Positions 31,226-32,000 of a DNA stretch of 32,000 nt are shown here, piece after piece. The notes under the pieces are model-generated. The model was given only the letters and a program-made list of their open reading frames with translations, was not told where the DNA came from and searched no databases. Every line of letters begins with the position of its first letter. The first letter of the stretch is position 1. This DNA comes from Vulcanisaeta distributa DSM 14429 (GTDB lineage Archaea; Thermoproteota; Thermoprotei; Thermoproteales; Thermocladiaceae): NCBI RefSeq assembly GCF_000148385.1, contig NC_014537.1, positions 2,280,001-2,312,000 of the forward strand, written 5' to 3'. Made by a program: the position numbers and the translations under genes.

Positions 31226-32000
31226 ATGCTATTCGACCTTGAGCCAAAATCGAAGAGAGAAGACCTATTCGGTAGAGATAACGAGGTAAATGCCATCGTA
31301 AACTTCATAAGGAGTAAGTCAAGGTTCCTTGCAATATACGGAATTAGGCGTGTAGGTAAGACATCGGTGCTAAGGGTCTCCCTAAATGAGGCAAGCATAC
31401 CCTATTGCTACATTGATGCAAGAATGCTTGAGAATGACTTCACAAAAAGAAGACTTTACCAACTAATATCAAACTGCCTGACCGAATTATCCATTAAATG
31501 GCGCCTTGAGAATGCCATTAGGAATATCACAAGGGCAGTTCGGGGCATAAACATACTCGATAGCGGCATTGAACTTAATGTTGAGATTGATTGGAGGAAC
31601 GCCCATTTGACGGACTTACTAAACGCACTATCCATGAACCTAAGCCAAATAGTGATTGCAATTGACGAAGCCCAAATACTCAGAATGATGAAGGGATTCG
31701 GCAAGATTGATTTCACACAAGTACTCGCCTATACATACGATAACCTAAATAATGTTAAGGTCGTACTAACGGGCTCCGAGGTCGGCCTACTGCATGACTT
31801 CCTCGGCCTTGATAACCCCAAATCACCACTTTACGGTAGGTTCGTCGAGGAGCTAACAATAAAACCATTCAGTAGGGGCGCATCAATTCAATTCCTAATA
31901 ACCGGCTTTAGACAATACGGAGTTGAAGTAACAATAAATGAAGTACTTGACGTAGTCGATAAGCTCGATGGTATCGTAGGGTGGCTAACATACTACGGTA
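31226..32000 (+). CDS. Archaeal AAA+ ATPase (Arch_ATPase / PF01637-like), N-terminal 258 codons (ORF runs off the right edge)
   Basis: The track omits it because there is no stop in the window. My own translation gives MLFDLEPKSKREDLFGRDNEVNAIVNFIRSKSRFLAIYGIRRVGKTSVLRV... (FxGRxxE lead-in plus Walker A GxRRxGKTS), then Walker B VIAIDEAQIL, then VLTGSEVGLLHDFL...SPLYGR. It has no stop to position 32000. Confidence 0.8.
   Translation, partial: MLFDLEPKSKREDLFGRDNEVNAIVNFIRSKSRFLAIYGIRRVGKTSVLRVSLNEASIPYCYIDARMLENDFTKRRLYQLISNCLTELSIKWRLENAIRNITRAVRGINILDSGIELNVEIDWRNAHLTDLLNALSMNLSQIVIAIDEAQILRMMKGFGKIDFTQVLAYTYDNLNNVKVVLTGSEVGLLHDFLGLDNPKSPLYGRFVEELTIKPFSRGASIQFLITGFRQYGVEVTINEVLDVVDKLDGIVGWLTYYG

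Noticed and set aside
1-32000. Search for CRISPR arrays, tRNA/rRNA genes, IS elements, integrases, and long direct or terminal inverted repeats.
   Set aside because: No regularly spaced repeats are present. No G/C-rich structured-RNA-like islands appear in the short A/T-rich spacers. No transposase/integrase-like ORF is present. Visual comparison of the spacers showed no intergenic sequence shared between them beyond short TATA-like words.

Overview
This window is a compact, gene-dense chromosomal segment of a crenarchaeon, probably Thermoproteales (Vulcanisaeta/Caldivirga-like). That placement is an inference from the gene content (Cren7 chromatin protein, GatD, archaeal Elp3, XPD, RNase Z, archaeal-type UMP kinase), AGG/AGA-rich codon usage, and A/T-rich TATA-like boxes centred about 25-30 nt upstream of many start codons, which suggests mostly leaderless mRNAs. 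Intergenic gaps are mostly under 120 bp. The longest non-coding stretch is about 335 bp (12834-13168), upstream of cren7. I call 34 protein-coding loci. Two are partial ORFs at the window edges that the supplied track misses because they have no stop in the window (1..670 minus; 31226..32000 plus). Two are small ORFs under 60 aa that sit behind well-spaced TATA boxes. One is a 5'-truncated formate-dehydrogenase relic. I re-assigned several starts from the TATA spacing and from N-terminal homology. I found no rRNA, tRNA, CRISPR array, transposase, integrase or clear mobile element, so most of the window is ordinary core genome and I see no clear-cut novel system. The loci most worth a second look are: (1) a 1-nt-spaced Elp3 / carbon-nitrogen-hydrolase operon, possibly linked to wobble-uridine xm5U chemistry; (2) a stand-alone Cys-type FdhF-like formate dehydrogenase divergently paired with an AceTr/AmiS-like 6-TM channel, followed by a promoter-bearing, frame-intact relic of a second, more canonical FDH; (3) a leaderless small ORF overlapping a retropepsin-like gene that has Asn where the catalytic Asp is expected, next to an Arch_ATPase gene whose TATA box lies inside a 9-bp-arm palindrome; (4) an orphan / ArsR-like regulator / radical-SAM cluster; (5) a polyproline (PPxY-containing) two-TM membrane protein. 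All functional links are hypotheses from sequence reading only. No database searches were run.
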